Source: Rhizophagus irregularis (taxonomy: Eukaryota). From it: DNA of 64,000 nucleotides. This document shows positions 14,271-27,904 of the stretch, in pieces (the first letter of the stretch is position 1; every line of letters begins with the position of its first letter). The notes beneath the pieces are model-generated. The model saw nothing but the letters and a program-made list of their open reading frames with translations. It was not told where the DNA came from and made no database searches. The stretch lies in contig NC_089436.1 of NCBI RefSeq assembly GCF_026210795.1, positions 2,108,001-2,172,000 on the forward strand. Direction: 5' to 3'. The position numbers and the translations under genes are program-made.

Positions 14271-17200
14271 TCATTTCATATTTTTATATCCTCGTAATAA
14301 AATTGTTCTTTTTTGTCGTAATAAGTTTTGTCCTTCTTCTATTGAAACTTCGACCTCCTCAAATAACCTTTCTCCCCATTCTGGTACTTTCCCTTTTTTC
14401 TCTTCTCCATCTTCATTGCCTGCAGTTCCGTTCAATCGAGGATATTTATTCAAAATTGCTTCAAAAAGTTCGAGCTTTAGCTCTTCTTCGAGTGCCATTT
14501 GAAATTTGGCATTAATGCCATATAATGTGTACGTGTACTGATCTATCGCGTACTGAAGGCATGCCGAAGCGTAAAGCAAAGACTCGAAGAATGGTTTCAT
14601 TATGTGGGTTTTTGAAATGTTGTTCCCGCTGGGTGCACGGTGATCTTTCAATACGGCGGCATCCGCAGCGGATGAGAAGTTATGAAAAGTAGTTGTCTGC
14701 TCGGTTGTTTCTTCGGTTTCGTGTCTTGCTACTTGTTCTCCCCCACTTCCAGGGCACAAAGAATATTCAACGCCATCGCCTCGTCCTCGGCACTGTTTCA
14801 CCATCACCCAATTTCCTTCCTGTTCCTCCCTCAAAATAACGCTAGTTTCATCATTGTAAGCATTACTTTCTTTTTCTTGCCACTCTCTTCCAGTCAACTG
14901 CCAAGCTCCTCTCCTTAATTTTTCTACAATTGTACTTGCGACTTTATCCTCATCTCCGCATATTCGTATGCCCTCGTAGAGCATTTGGCGAGCTAAAATC
15001 ATCCTTTGTACGCACCTTATAAACCACTCAACTCCATCTGAGTGAGCTGGTGCTGCATATGGTATTTTTGCCATGTTCTCGCGGAAAAGTCGCATCCTAC
15101 CTTGCTGATCGTATTTACAATGGTGGGATAAAAAGTGTTGAATGGTAGTTGAATTTAAAATACCAAGGAAAAAATATGGTGGAAGTCTTGTGGTAGTTTT
15201 TACAGTAAAATAAATACACTAGTGTTATATAAGAGATAATTTAGCTTTTTTTTTTTTCCCCTCCCCATCAAAAAAAGGTACCGGATTAATGGAGAAGGTT
15301 TAACACACCTGATTAGTCACGCACACGTTGTCTTCGTCTATAAAGAACCGTTGGCGAGGCTATCATAAGATAAGGAAGAAAAAACAAATTTTTTTTTATT
15401 TTTAAGAAATTTTATCTATGAAATTTTTCATCTCGTGCTTCAAATATGTTATTTATTTTTAAGTAATTTAATAAATTCAACATGCTTACTTGGTTTTTCG
15501 AAAAATATCCATAATTAATAGGATGGATAATTTTAGTTTGTACATCAATCCTAGAATTTTAAGAAAAAAAATTAAAGTTTAATTTAAAAATAAAAATTGT
15601 TTAATTTGTAGCCAAATATAGTTTGTTTCCCACAAAAATTTCTACTGTTTATTTGTGCATGCTATTTTAAATATAAATATTAAAAGAAATACTAAAACTA
15701 TAAAGTATATAGTAATTGAAGTTGTCTGATAGCATGTAACTAATACTTAATACAGCTAGCTATCAGGTATTAATAAAAAAGCCAACAATAATAATAAACA
15801 TAACTTACCCGCATTTGCTTGTACCACAGTATACCACTTCTCTGGAAGTAAAACCTGTTTGTAAATACTTACGGGCTTCCTTCAAATACTTCCAGAATTC
15901 ACTATTTTCACCAAATTCCCTTCTAACCTTATCAACAGCATCTCGATCGACCATTATTAACGAATACATCGATCTATCTTGTTCAAGTCCATCTTTTGCA
16001 ATTGTCGTTCCTCCAGAATTATTCACAATAAAAGGTACATAAGCTTCAGCGGGTGAACTTTCTTTTTTTTCTAACCTCAGTTCATCTCCCATTTTCTGCC
16101 AAAATTCTGCCTCTTTTCCACCATTTTTTCCGTTCCAATAAAATACTGGACGCAACCAGCGTCTACACACTTCGGGACCAAATTTACTGTACGCCCAAGT
16201 TGTACGAACTACAAGAGCGTATACTGGATTTGTGTTAGGGCCTCTGTGCCAAATTAATGGATTATTTTCAACCCAGGTATGTTTCATGCTAGCATGGTCA
16301 CATAGAGAAGGTAGATGAGCGGTAATGGAATGTAAATATGCACTCACTGCCGAAGAAGGCATTAAAAATGTGAATGAGTATGAATTTGTAGATGATGGAA
16401 GTTGTGTCATCGGATATGGAAGTGAGAGTTTATATTGCATATCCTTTTCATACTGGGCATTATTTGGGTCAAAATTAGAATAAGCTTGAAGTGTTTCATG
16501 AAGAGTTGCCTTACGATTCATATAACGTAGGAAAAGAATTGAAGATTCCGTTAAAACAGGTTGTATGGGAGGAACGCTAGTTGATAAAATTGGTTCGCTT
16601 CTACGACGAAGTCGAAATATTAAAGAATCTGTTTGGATTTTACGCCAAACTTTGAACGGTTCGAATTGGAAAAATTCGACCAAATGGCATTTTTGCCACA
16701 TCCAAGCCCTATTATGTGTAAAAATAAGAATTTAAACCATTTAGAATATGTTAATATGATGTCCCTTTGACAATCGAAAGTGTGTGTTTATGTCATTATG
16801 AGAAAAGTTGTTGCATCAAATCCGAATTTGGCATCAACTTATTCTCGATTTCGTACTAAATATCATTTCTATTGCAATAAAAAAAAAAAATATACATATT
16901 TTTTTTTATTCATTACCTTAATTTGTCGGCAAATTCTAATCCCATCCATTGACTCGCTATTTTAATTGTAAAAGAATATAAATAAAACGAGTTTTTTAAA
17001 TTTAGTAATTATTAAATGCATGGTAAACATTATCAATGAACACTTTTTAATATTAACATTGTTTCAGCGCATAATTTGATATTATCATCACAAACAAATG
17101 TGAAAATCTCTACCATAAAAACAAGTTTCAAAACAAGAAATGTATAATATCAAAACAAGTTTGTCAAACTTACCGCTGATAAGACAAACCTCTCCAATTT

Positions 17201-19095
17201 CTTCTCGGCATCTTTCGACACAGAACCAAAAGAAATATGCATAAGCTTGCATTCCACCTTTACCCAAAACTCTTTCATCGAAAAGCTCACTATCAGGTTC
17301 TGAAATAAATCCAGTCTTTCTAATCATATATGGGGGATTAGTGACGATAAAATCAAACTTAAGACGTTGGGGTGATCGCAATAACCATAAATTTTCATAT
17401 TCCCATGTATGTTCTCGTTTCGGAAGATATAAATTTAAAGTGTCATTACAAAATAAGTGAAGTCTCGATAACTTAAGGTCATTTATGAGACTTGTAAGGT
17501 GAAGATAACGTTTATATAAAGGTAAGATATGCAAAGTAATATTTATCTTGCAGAGATGATATGCAAATGCATCTATTTCTATTCCCCAAAGGTTCACGGA
17601 CAATGAATGAAGAAGATTGGAAATTGCCACTGAATTATTCCAAACAATAGGACATTGTTGAGCTGCAAGTATTAAACGGCTTATATATTCACAAAGAAAC
17701 GAGCCTATTCCCATACAAGGATCTAGTACACTAGGAGCTTGAGGAAGAACTCCCCAATTAGAAGACGATTGATTTGGATATAAACTAGAATTTTGAAATG
17801 AACCTCCTAAAAGTTTTTCTATCCAAGTCCTATTTCCTTTTCCAATTAAAACACGATCCCACATGAATTGCATAACCTCCCTCGGGGTATAGAATTGACC
17901 ATGATCTTTTTGTTGTTCTTTGGCCAATACATTAAGAAAGTGTTTCGTATACAATATTGATAATATTGATTCAATTGGCTCCAATGTAGTAAAATGGATA
18001 TTTAGAGAATGAAATCTCACCGAAAGGTCACATTGGTATTGAGGCTGAGATCTTACGACCAAACGATAATACCAAGTGAAAGCTTCTAAATTTTCGCTTG
18101 CATTAGGCGGTTGATCATCAAATGGTATATTTCGCTTTAAAAAATTGTCATCATCATGAAAAATGTTCATGAATGTTTCTACACTTAATTGACGTATTGA
18201 TATCTCCTCGTTATTCTCGCATAAAAAATCCATGACCACAGTATCAAATAACATATGAACTACGGTAATAAAAGATGTAATCTGACAATAAGAATTTAAA
18301 GCATTTTTAAATAATTCTATGTCAGGAGATAAGTAAGATGATTGAACTCTGGAAATAAAAGAACGAAATTCTTCAACGCATTTGATAAATGGAGTTTTGA
18401 CATTATTCGGGTGTGAGTCATGAACGAGTTTATTAAATTCGCGAAGAAAGCTTGCTGGGATTAAATGGTCTAATTTGGAAAGATTTGAAGTATGTAAAAG
18501 AATTGAATTAATAGATATTAGGGACGTACCACCAAATTTGGAATTGATGCATTGACAAATCAAATTAAACAACTAATAACATATAAAACAGGATCATCTT
18601 CCTCGAAATTCTTTAAAACAACTCATTAAATTCTCACTACTTTTAAATAATCCTATTCTATTTTTTTTTCTTACCTTTATTAATTATTGTTATCCAAATA
18701 TCTTTTTTAACTTCCTCTAATAAAATACCTAACACTTCTACCACTTTTCCTACTAAATCTTCTGAAAGAAAGTTTGTTGAGAAAGATGACAAATTTGAGG
18801 AAAATTCTTGTCTCCTTTGTGAGTTGGATTCAGCTCCGTTGACAAGATTTTGAGCGGGGTTGACTGACTTGAATATGAAGGGAGTGTTGAACGTAATTTC
18901 AGAATTTTGAGGTTTATGTCGCGACACGTGAGAATCTTGAAAGAAGCAATTCCAAGTATCAATTCTTGGATCCACTTCAACTTCGTTAAGAACAACGCTA
19001 AGCCAATCGTCACTCTGTGAAGATACCTCGTCCGAAGACTTTAGTCTCTTTGGCGGAGGGGCGACGGTTTGCGTATTATCGTTTGCATTCGACAT
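14271..19095 (-). CDS. Bacterial-type gamma-class amino (probably N6-adenine) DNA methyltransferase, M.TaqI/Eco57I/HsdM-like, with C-terminal TRD-like region; 7 exons, ~1238 aa
   Basis: Exons 19095-18675, 18469-17174, 16956-16917, 16708-15809, 15550-15490, 15359-15309, 15218-14271 are all GT-AG and total 3717 nt in one open frame. Motifs in order: GQFYTP (X), VLDPCMGIGSFL (I), GIEID (II), NDTL (III), FDFIVTNPPY (IV), then TRD-like RFFIDED..VTNQCIYF..FFLGILNS..KIPY. Confidence 0.9.
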
Positions 19096-22000
19096 TTTTC
19101 TAAAAAATGACTTATAAGTGTGTATGTATTCTATATATGTTTCGAAAATGATGATCTTCCTAAAGGAAGGTGAAGTCTATTTGTGATGAGATTTTGAAAA
19201 GCCACCGCCTTTGTGCATATTCAGAACCGCCTTTCAATACTTCGCAAAATTGGAAGAATACGGTCTTTTTATACACGAAGTCCGCCTTCCAACTACTTTG
19301 GCCTACTCAGAGCCACAAGCGTATTATTTTAGCGATTTCTTTGGTGGAACAGCAAAGCACACAACGAATGGCGAAGAAGTAGTGGTAAGCATTGTTTTGC
19401 GTTTTATTATTTTTGATTTCTAAAACTAGTGTCGTCACAAAAAAAGCTTTATTTATTAGCACGTGATCTAAAACTTTCGGTCTGAAATAGTGGGGTATAA
19501 ACCCCGATATTCTCCATCAAACCCCATTTTAACCCGTTTATAAACCTGTTTTAATAGAATGTTATATTCAACAGATCTTGTTTGCAGATACGTTGTGCCA
19601 AGTAAACTGCATAATAATAGAATAGAAAAGATCTTCGACGTCCAAATGAAAGGATTGTACAAAACTTTAATGTGGCGAAGCGGGAACCTAGTAAATTCTA
19701 TGTTTTTTTGGCGAAGAATTTTTTATCTGTTTTATTTGGAGGGAAACAAGCCGAGTGCAAGGGTAATTAATTTATTTATGATAATCTTATTTCATATGTA
19801 TATTATAGTATGGAAAACATGAATTCTCAAATGAATTTTTGATTGAAAATCTTGTTTTAAATAGCAACTGCATCGACGAAACAGAAATGCATTTGATTTT
19901 TAATTAAAACATAATATATGTATACCTACCCCATTACCTGTTTTGACAATACTATAATATTATTTATATTATATTTTATAATATTATTAATAATAAATTC
20001 TTTTATAATAAGTAATTTAGACGGACGCGCTTTCCCAGAGAAATTTTTTTTTTCTTCGAATAACGAATAACACTCGCGGTCTATAATAAGGAGGTGCTTT
20101 CTAAAAAAAAACGCCAAAAAAAAAAAAAAAAAATTTCAACAAAAGGGTGAGATATAAAGATGGATGCATTAATATAATTCATTTAATGACATAATCATAA
20201 TTTTGCTAAGCCAAGATAATACTAATGAACTTCCATAATTAATTTTGTATTCATTAGATGTTTACGTTTTTCGTACAAAGTTTTCTGCGAGAAAAAAAAA
20301 CAGAGCTGAATAAGTGATTGATCGACCAAGAAATTCACGTCCATAATGCACAACCTGTTCGTTGATAAAAAAATTTTTTTTTTTTTTTTCCTTTTAAAAT
20401 ATATATTTATATATATTTATTCTAAAACTTGCGTTCGATTACATCATAATATAGTTCAAAAGAGGAAACATCCGTGAAACGCCCTTTGATAACGCAATCT
20501 AACAAATGGAAGAAATGGAAGGAAAAGTCCTTATGACCTGTTGCATCTAAGGAAAAAAAAAAATAAATAAAATAATTCACAATGAACTTTATTTTATAAT
20601 TTATACATTAATAATAATATATATTGTAAGTAAAAGCTCATTCTTGTCCACTCTTGTCAAAAACGGAATTATTATCATTAATATCTTTCATTCACAAGAT
20701 AATCCAACACAAATATGGTACTAACAGGTAACTCAAATCAACAATCGCGAAACCTTTTTCTAGTTTTTATCAGTTTTTATCACTTATTATCGTGTATGAT
20801 TCCGGTAGAGTTGGTAACATTACTTACTATTATTTAATCCCCCATATTTTGAACCCTAATTCCACGTTCGGGACCGCATGTACGGGAGCAAAAGAAAGAT
20901 TGGGCATTTCTTTATCAGGTCATATATTTTGTATTATTTAACAATCCATTGAATCTTAATATTATTACCATGTTTGACTCTTGTCATATGGGTTTGTGAT
21001 GTGTTAAAAATGTTTGTGACATATATGTGACTATAATTGTTTTCGTGAATCGTTCCCGGTGATCCATTTTATTAGTCAAATTTCGTCCTGAAACGCGGAA
21101 AAATCTAATACATCTATTACGCCACAGAAATTTTTTTTAAGGATCTAAACCCAATCTAGGTAGAATTATAATAGTAAATTAACCGGATTGAGCAGTATAT
21201 TATAAAGTAATCCCTGTAGTTTCGCGTTTTTTTATCACAGTTTCACAATTGCTTGGCGATCAAAGTAAAAGAAACTCTTTGTGTGCGTCCTTTAAAAAAA
21301 GAATTTTGAAATTTAAAGTTTAAGATTATCTCTTTATACCATTTTTTTTGTCTTTAAATTGTAAGCACATCTCTGCATAATATAAATCTTAAATAAAGAA
21401 ATAATCATGACTATATCGACTATATCAATTTCATTGTCACGGGAAGTACTAAAAAAAAAGGTTTTACTGCGGATGATTGAAAGATTGAACTAATTTTTTT
21501 GTCATTTTTTGCCAAAAAAAAAAAAAAAAAAAAATTGTGAAGGTAATATATTTTTTCCCCATTTTTCACACCCCCTAACGCCCATTGAAATTTTTTTAAA
21601 AAAATGTCTTTCCCACCCCCGAAATACAACATATGATGGTAAGCAAGCTTACAAAATCCTTTATTACTTTCAAATATTAAGCCCAAATTATTATTATTTT
21701 TATTATTTCGCATAACTTAAAAGATAGCTGTCAAGATAATTAAATAAGTCATACCCCACATTTCAAATATTATATAACTTACCTTTAATGGCAACTTGGT
21801 ATATTTTTTATGTAAGCACGTTGAAAAAGAAATATCTCCGTTTTGAACTTCAAAATACTTTGTTTCTATGATTACATAGAACAATATCTTGCTATAATAC
21901 TTTGTTTCTGTTTTTTTTTTATGTGAATTATAGTAACAAATAATTTATTATCTTATCATAACAAAAAAAAAATTTTTTTTACGCGTGATACATCAAATTT

Positions 22001-22099
22001 ATTACAAGGCTTTTCGGTTTACTATAAGATTTTATTTTATGGGGAGAGGGGCTTGTCCCCAATTCTAATAAATTTACATTCTTTAACCAATCTTACCAT

Positions 22100-23075
22100 T
22101 CTTTCTATTTGCATTTTCCATTTGTGGCTAACCAAATCTTCTTACATCTCTAAGAAAGCAATCTTTTCTTTCGCTTTGTTTTTATACTTAAAAAAGGTAG
22201 TTGTACATTAAATCTTTCCTAATGTATTTGTGGAAAGTTTTCCCCGATGAAAGAAAAGTATCGCGCGTCTTTCTATGAGGAGAATTTTAGACAAGGAAAT
22301 TAAACAGGTTTGTTTGATTGTTTTCCTCGTGTGGTAATGAATTTCCATCAGAGATTGTTTGTGATTCCATATCTGAAGATTGTACCTGAGAAGTAATTAA
22401 TGGTCGTGCTTCTGTTACTATTTGGTTCACACATCCCGTGTTCTGAAGCCCAGGGGTACGGATTTTTCTCGAGGTATCTGCGTTGTATATCTTATCAAAT
22501 AAAGTTATAAAATTGCATTGTTTCTAAATAAATTAATATAAAATGTTAACCCTTGAATTACTATTTGTAACCCTTTTTTTCGAAGTAATCTTTTCATTCC
22601 AGCTTCAATCACGCAATTCATTGGTTTTGCGTTTTCACGAGTTGGAAACGAGATTGGTGAATATTACTCGATAAGCCGTTTAGAAGATGGTGGTACTGAA
22701 AAAAAAAAAGATAATCCTCATACATTTAGCGAAATTTGTATACACTACAAAAAAGCAAAGGTATTATTAAATGTTTAGATCGTGTTCTTATAGTGTGTCC
22801 ATAAAGGGATGGATAATATAGACCATCTTTTAAAATTCTCATTAACTCTATGGCAATTTTCTTACAAATTGTTATTTTTAGAACTATTAGATATCGCGTG
22901 AGAAGTAAAAAAAAAAGCCGTCTGGCGTTTGGGGATAAATAATTAATTTGCATCCACTTTGATATATGGGATTTTGTATTGTGAAACGTCGTTATACTGC
23001 GGTTCTAAATGATATTAATAAATCAAGTAAATTCAAAGTCTTTGTTGTCTTACCAAAATTAATTTAGATTCACTT
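22100..23075 (-). pseudogene. Possible decayed multi-exon gene, divergent from NOP2
   Basis: ATG GAA AGT..TTG|gtaag start, several donor/acceptor-like sites and coding-like pieces (VIEAGMKRLLRKK; ARPLITSQVQSSDMESQ), but no continuous frame could be built. Confidence 0.25.
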
Positions 23076-23740
23076 TCCATATTTAATATAATAATTGTTA
23101 TATCGTGCAAAACACCTTTAAAGCATTGGCAAAATTTGTATATGATCTTCAAAAAAAAAGGCAGGAAAGTACTAAGAAATTTGTTTATTGATATATTTGT
23201 CATCATTTTCCATTTTTCGAATTAATAAGACTATTTTCGAAACTATATATAATTCTAATTTTCTAATTATTTTTATTGATTGATTGCTTTACAAATCATA
23301 ATTTTCGTATTTTATGATTTGTTACTTTTAATTTATCATTTATAATCAGATTTGTGAAAAATTAAATCCTTTTGATTTGTAATTTCTCTAAAAAGAAAAG
23401 GAATTTCCGATACATGATTCCGATATATGGATATATGATTTGAGATTTAGGAATCGATCGGATTATATACATATCGGCGATTATTGCCCCAAATGTTATT
23501 TAACGTAAAAAGCCATTAAAATATAATAATGTATATTAATTAATTTGCATCATTATCATCTTGTCTTATGTAGGAAAGTGAAATACAATAAGTATGGCAC
23601 GTGCCAAAAAGAACCAGATTAACCAGATTTATGTAGTACAATTTCTAAATAAAGGTGCCAGCACGTGATGATTTGCAATACTAATTTTGATTCGTACATC
23701 TCATCTGATTTTTTTTATTCCGTCTAAATTATTTTTTCTC

Positions 23741-25518
23741 ATGGATCAATTCGTTTTGCCAGATAATCAATTACTTGGTAAAGAGCAAGTTGAAACAGAA
23801 GATTTACCAGTTATTTCGCAACGAATTCAAGATATAATAGAAGTGCTTAATAATTTTAAAGAGCTAGGAGATCATGAAAGGTTGATTTCATATTTCGTAA
23901 ACGTTTTTTACTTTTTTACTTTGATTTTAAATTATATTGATGTTAGCTTTTTCGTGAATTTTTCAGAGGAAGATCTGCTTATGTCGAACAACTTATTAAA
24001 GATATGGCAGTATACTATGGATATTCGGAGTATTTGTTAGAAAAACTTTTTAATTTATTTTCTGTATCTGAGGTTTAAAATTTTCCTTACGTTTATTTTT
24101 TATTTTATTTTATTTTTTTAAAAAAAAGTTAAATGCCATCACCTAATTCTAATGAATAGATTCAACATTTTTTAGGCTTTGGAATTTTTTGAAGCAAATG
24201 AAGTTCCAAGACCAGTCACAATACGAACAAATACATTGCGAACACGTCGAAGGGATTTAGCCCAAGTATTTAAATTAACATCTTTTTAATGTTTGTTTTT
24301 GATTAAATATTTAGCATTTTAAATTTATTAATAGGCCTTAATAAATCGTGGAGTAAATTTGGAACCAATTGGAAAATGGACGAAGGTCGGATTGACAATA
24401 TTTGATTCAACAGTTCCAGTAGGCATGTTTATTTTAATTTTTGTATGATTAAGCCAAAATATATGTAATATCAATTAATATTAATCCGTTATTTTAGGAG
24501 CTACACCAGAATATCTTGCTGGCCATTACATATTACAGTCTGCGTCGTCTTTTTTACCCGTTATGGCATTGGCGCCTCAAGAAAATGAAAAGATACTAGA
24601 CATGGCATCTGCGCCTGGTGGAAAGTCCACATATATTGCAGCATTAATGAAAAATACTGGTATAATATTTGCTAACGATTCAAACAAGGAGAGAACTAAA
24701 GGTCTTGTATCCAATATACATCGATTAGGTATTAAAAATACCGTAGTTTGCAACTATGATGGACGCGAGTTTCCTACTGTACTTGGAGGATTTGACAGGG
24801 TTCTTTTGGATGCTCCTTGCAGTGGAACTGGCGTTATATCAAAAGATCCATCTGTCAAAATAAATAAGGTAAAAATATTTATATAATTTTGCTTTAGTTT
24901 GCGTCATCAAAAAATAATAATTTTCAAACTCCATTTTTTAAAATAAATAATAATAAACTAAGACCGAGAAAGATTTTATTTTATTACCTCATTTGCAAAA
25001 AGAACTTCTTTTATCGGCTATTGACTCTGTAGATGCCAAATCGTCTAAAGGGGGATATATCGTATATTCAACTTGTTCAGTAACCGTTGAAGAAAATGAA
25101 GCTGTTGTAAACTATGCTTTAAAGAAACGACCAAATGTAAAATTAGTGCTAACCGGATTGGATTTTGGAAGAGAAGGATTTACAAAGTACGTAATTTGAA
25201 TATTGAATTAAAAAAAATGGTTCTTTTTTTCATTATATAAACATTATATTTTATACTCGACTTAGTTATAGAGGCAAGGTTTTCCATCCTTCACTGAAAT
25301 TAACAAGAAGATTCTATCCTCACGTTCATAATATGGATGGATTTTTTGTTTCAAAGTTTAAAAAATTTTCAAACAAGTATGAACTGAAAAGAAAGAATGA
25401 TGATGAAGATCATAAAGGTATGATTAGATTAAATTTAAATATCTTGTTTCAAAATAATGTTTGCTAAAATATTTGTTTAAATATATTTTTAGTTTCAAAA
25501 ACTAAAATCGATAAGTAA
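23741..25518 (+). CDS. NOP2: 25S rRNA (cytosine-C5) methyltransferase Nop2/NSUN1; 8 exons, ~398 aa from ATG 23741
   Basis: Exons 23741-23880, 23967-24072, 24176-24265, 24335-24422, 24498-24868, 24963-25186, 25266-25417, 25493-25518 (1197 nt, in frame). Motifs [57 protein letters not shown]. Start codon uncertain. Confidence 0.93.
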
Positions 25519-26477
25519 TCAAGTGAGTTAATATTAATCAATCCATGGAAATTCGGTTTAATTCATAAGATTACTTTTGGATGTATTTTAAGCAATTTAA
25601 CACTTTAAAATTACCAGTTTAGCTGGAAAAATAAAATTATTATTAATCAATAAATTATAACCAAATATCTTGTAATAGATAAATTCGCTAATTGATATTT
25701 GCTATTAATATTTATTTCTACTATATAATTAATTATTAATTTAAATCATTTAATAATATTAATACTAAAAGTATAATATTTTAATTTTTAAAAGTAATTT
25801 CATTAAATTTAAATTTTAATAGTGTATCATAATACTATCATAATGATTAAAATTTAGAAATGGTAAAATTTATGTTTAATTTTTTAATTTTATTTATTAT
25901 TTTATCATTTATTTTATATTGCTATTTGCTATTTTGTGATTAATATATAGCGATAATAAATAATTTACAAATAAAAAATATTTTTAATATAAAAACCATT
26001 TATTTTTAATAAATAACTGAATTACTGAAAAAGTAATTAAATAATATAAAACTGGATTTTATTAAATTATACATTATCATCTTTACCAATATTTAAAAAT
26101 CAAATATATTAAAAAATCAGATCAGACTAAATTAAAATAACTGACCTGATCCAATCTAGTCTTAAATTGGATCTGAAACAATTTTTTGTCTCCAACCTGA
26201 ACCAATTCAAACCATTTAGCACTTTAAATATAAAACTTTTCAAAGAGATCTATATAATAAAGTTTACTATATAAAAAATTTTTTATTGAGATTTTTAGCT
26301 TAAAATAATTATTACTAAAGTTTACTAGTACTATTGGTAATTAATACTATTAATTTTAATTTAATTATTAAAATTACCTAAAATTTAAATATATAATAGT
26401 AATTACCTATTATTTATTATTATTAATTTATTTCAAATATTAATACTAATTATATACTTTGTTTATTTACTTATTTA

Positions 26478-27564
26478 CAGTGCGCAAAAAAAATAATTAT
26501 AATAATATTTTGTCTATTTGTGTAATAAATATTTATTGAAAATTCATAAAAATTTAAACATATATGCTTTATTACATTGCGAAAAAGTTTGACTATGCAT
26601 AATTAATAATTTATCTTATTACCATTACCTTTAATTATTTGTTCTAATCTTGATGGCATACTTTTAATTAAATTAATAAAAATCTTCAGTTCAATTCTTT
26701 TTCACTCTTTTTGAATTATATCCTGGAAAATGTCTACAGTAATTGATTTTTTTTTTACCACTATAATGGTATATTATAAGGAGTGGAATAAAGGTTAAAG
26801 AGTGTAAAATTTTAGTTTTGTGCCATCGTAAATACTATTTTCCCATATCATTGTATAATATTGCGCAAAAATTCTATATGCCATTTTGCTATAGATAAAA
26901 TATAATTCGTGATCCGCCAGTGAACCATAAAACTTGGCTATTAAATTCCGGTAAAAAGTTATATATATATTTACTAATAGCGCGGAATCTACAGTTTTGG
27001 CAATGCAAGGTACAAATTACTAAAATATAATATGAAAACTAATATTATAGCCATAAAAATATGCCATTTGGCTGTCTTAATAATAAAAGACCGGTAAAAA
27101 TTTCATGCACCAAAAGACACTTTCATAAGAGCTGAAAATTTGAATTTGAAAAAAAAAAAATTTAGTATTTTAAAAATTTTAAAGATAACTCATCATCTAG
27201 TGGTCGTAGGAAAATAAAATTTGGTTCATCGGATTCGTCTCATCGAGACGCATCTAATGGTAATAATTTTATGTCTCTATGACTAATAGAAGGCGAGTTA
27301 TCCCATATTTTTTCTCTGGAATCGCAGATTCTAAATTATTGATAAAAATATATATGAACTTATCACCGCCTTTTAATAGTCAAATTTTATGGTTCACTGG
27401 CAGATCACGAAATAACTATCGTAAATGAATATGTAAACAAAAAATGATCAGCATATAATTATATATTTACTGTGTAACTAGATAAAATTATTTGCCAAAT
27501 GAATGTATATTGCAGGAATTATTAAACATATAATTTTTATTATAATTATTTTTTTCATACACTG
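26478..27564. mobile_element. Non-autonomous Tc1/mariner-like element
   Basis: TA|cagtgcgcaaaaaaaataattataat ... attataattatttttttcatacactg|TA. Internal inverted pair ttcgtgatccgccagtgaaccataaaa (~26907) / ttttatggttcactggcagatcacgaa (~27385); one gtctcNNNgagac motif at ~27230. Confidence 0.7.
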
Positions 27565-27904
27565 TATGAATTTTAAGGTATAATTTAAATATTTTAATAA
27601 AATAAATCATTTATTATTAATACTTTTTAAATGAAATTATTTATTATTATATTAGTATTATATTTATTTTGATTTAAAATATTTTATAAATGTAGAAGAA
27701 TCATTTAAGATTACTGATAATAATAGTAATTAGTCTTAATATATAACAAAAATACAAAGTATTATTTTATTTATTTAAAATAAAGTTTAAATGAACAACA
27801 GATTTTTTTTTTACTTTTTTAATCATAATTTTCTAATTTTATTAGCTAATTTTTCATTATTTTGTTATTTAAATTTATCAAGTAATATTTATTATCTTCC
27901 ATAT

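Noticed and set aside
19170..19822. Short ORFs upstream of the methyltransferase as a cognate restriction or specificity subunit
   Set aside because: No recognisable motifs and no consistent exon chain; probably promoter/UTR sequence.
14271..25518. Functional cluster of two SAM-dependent methyltransferases
   Set aside because: NOP2 is a housekeeping rRNA enzyme 4.6 kb away; nothing in the sequence indicates more than chance adjacency.
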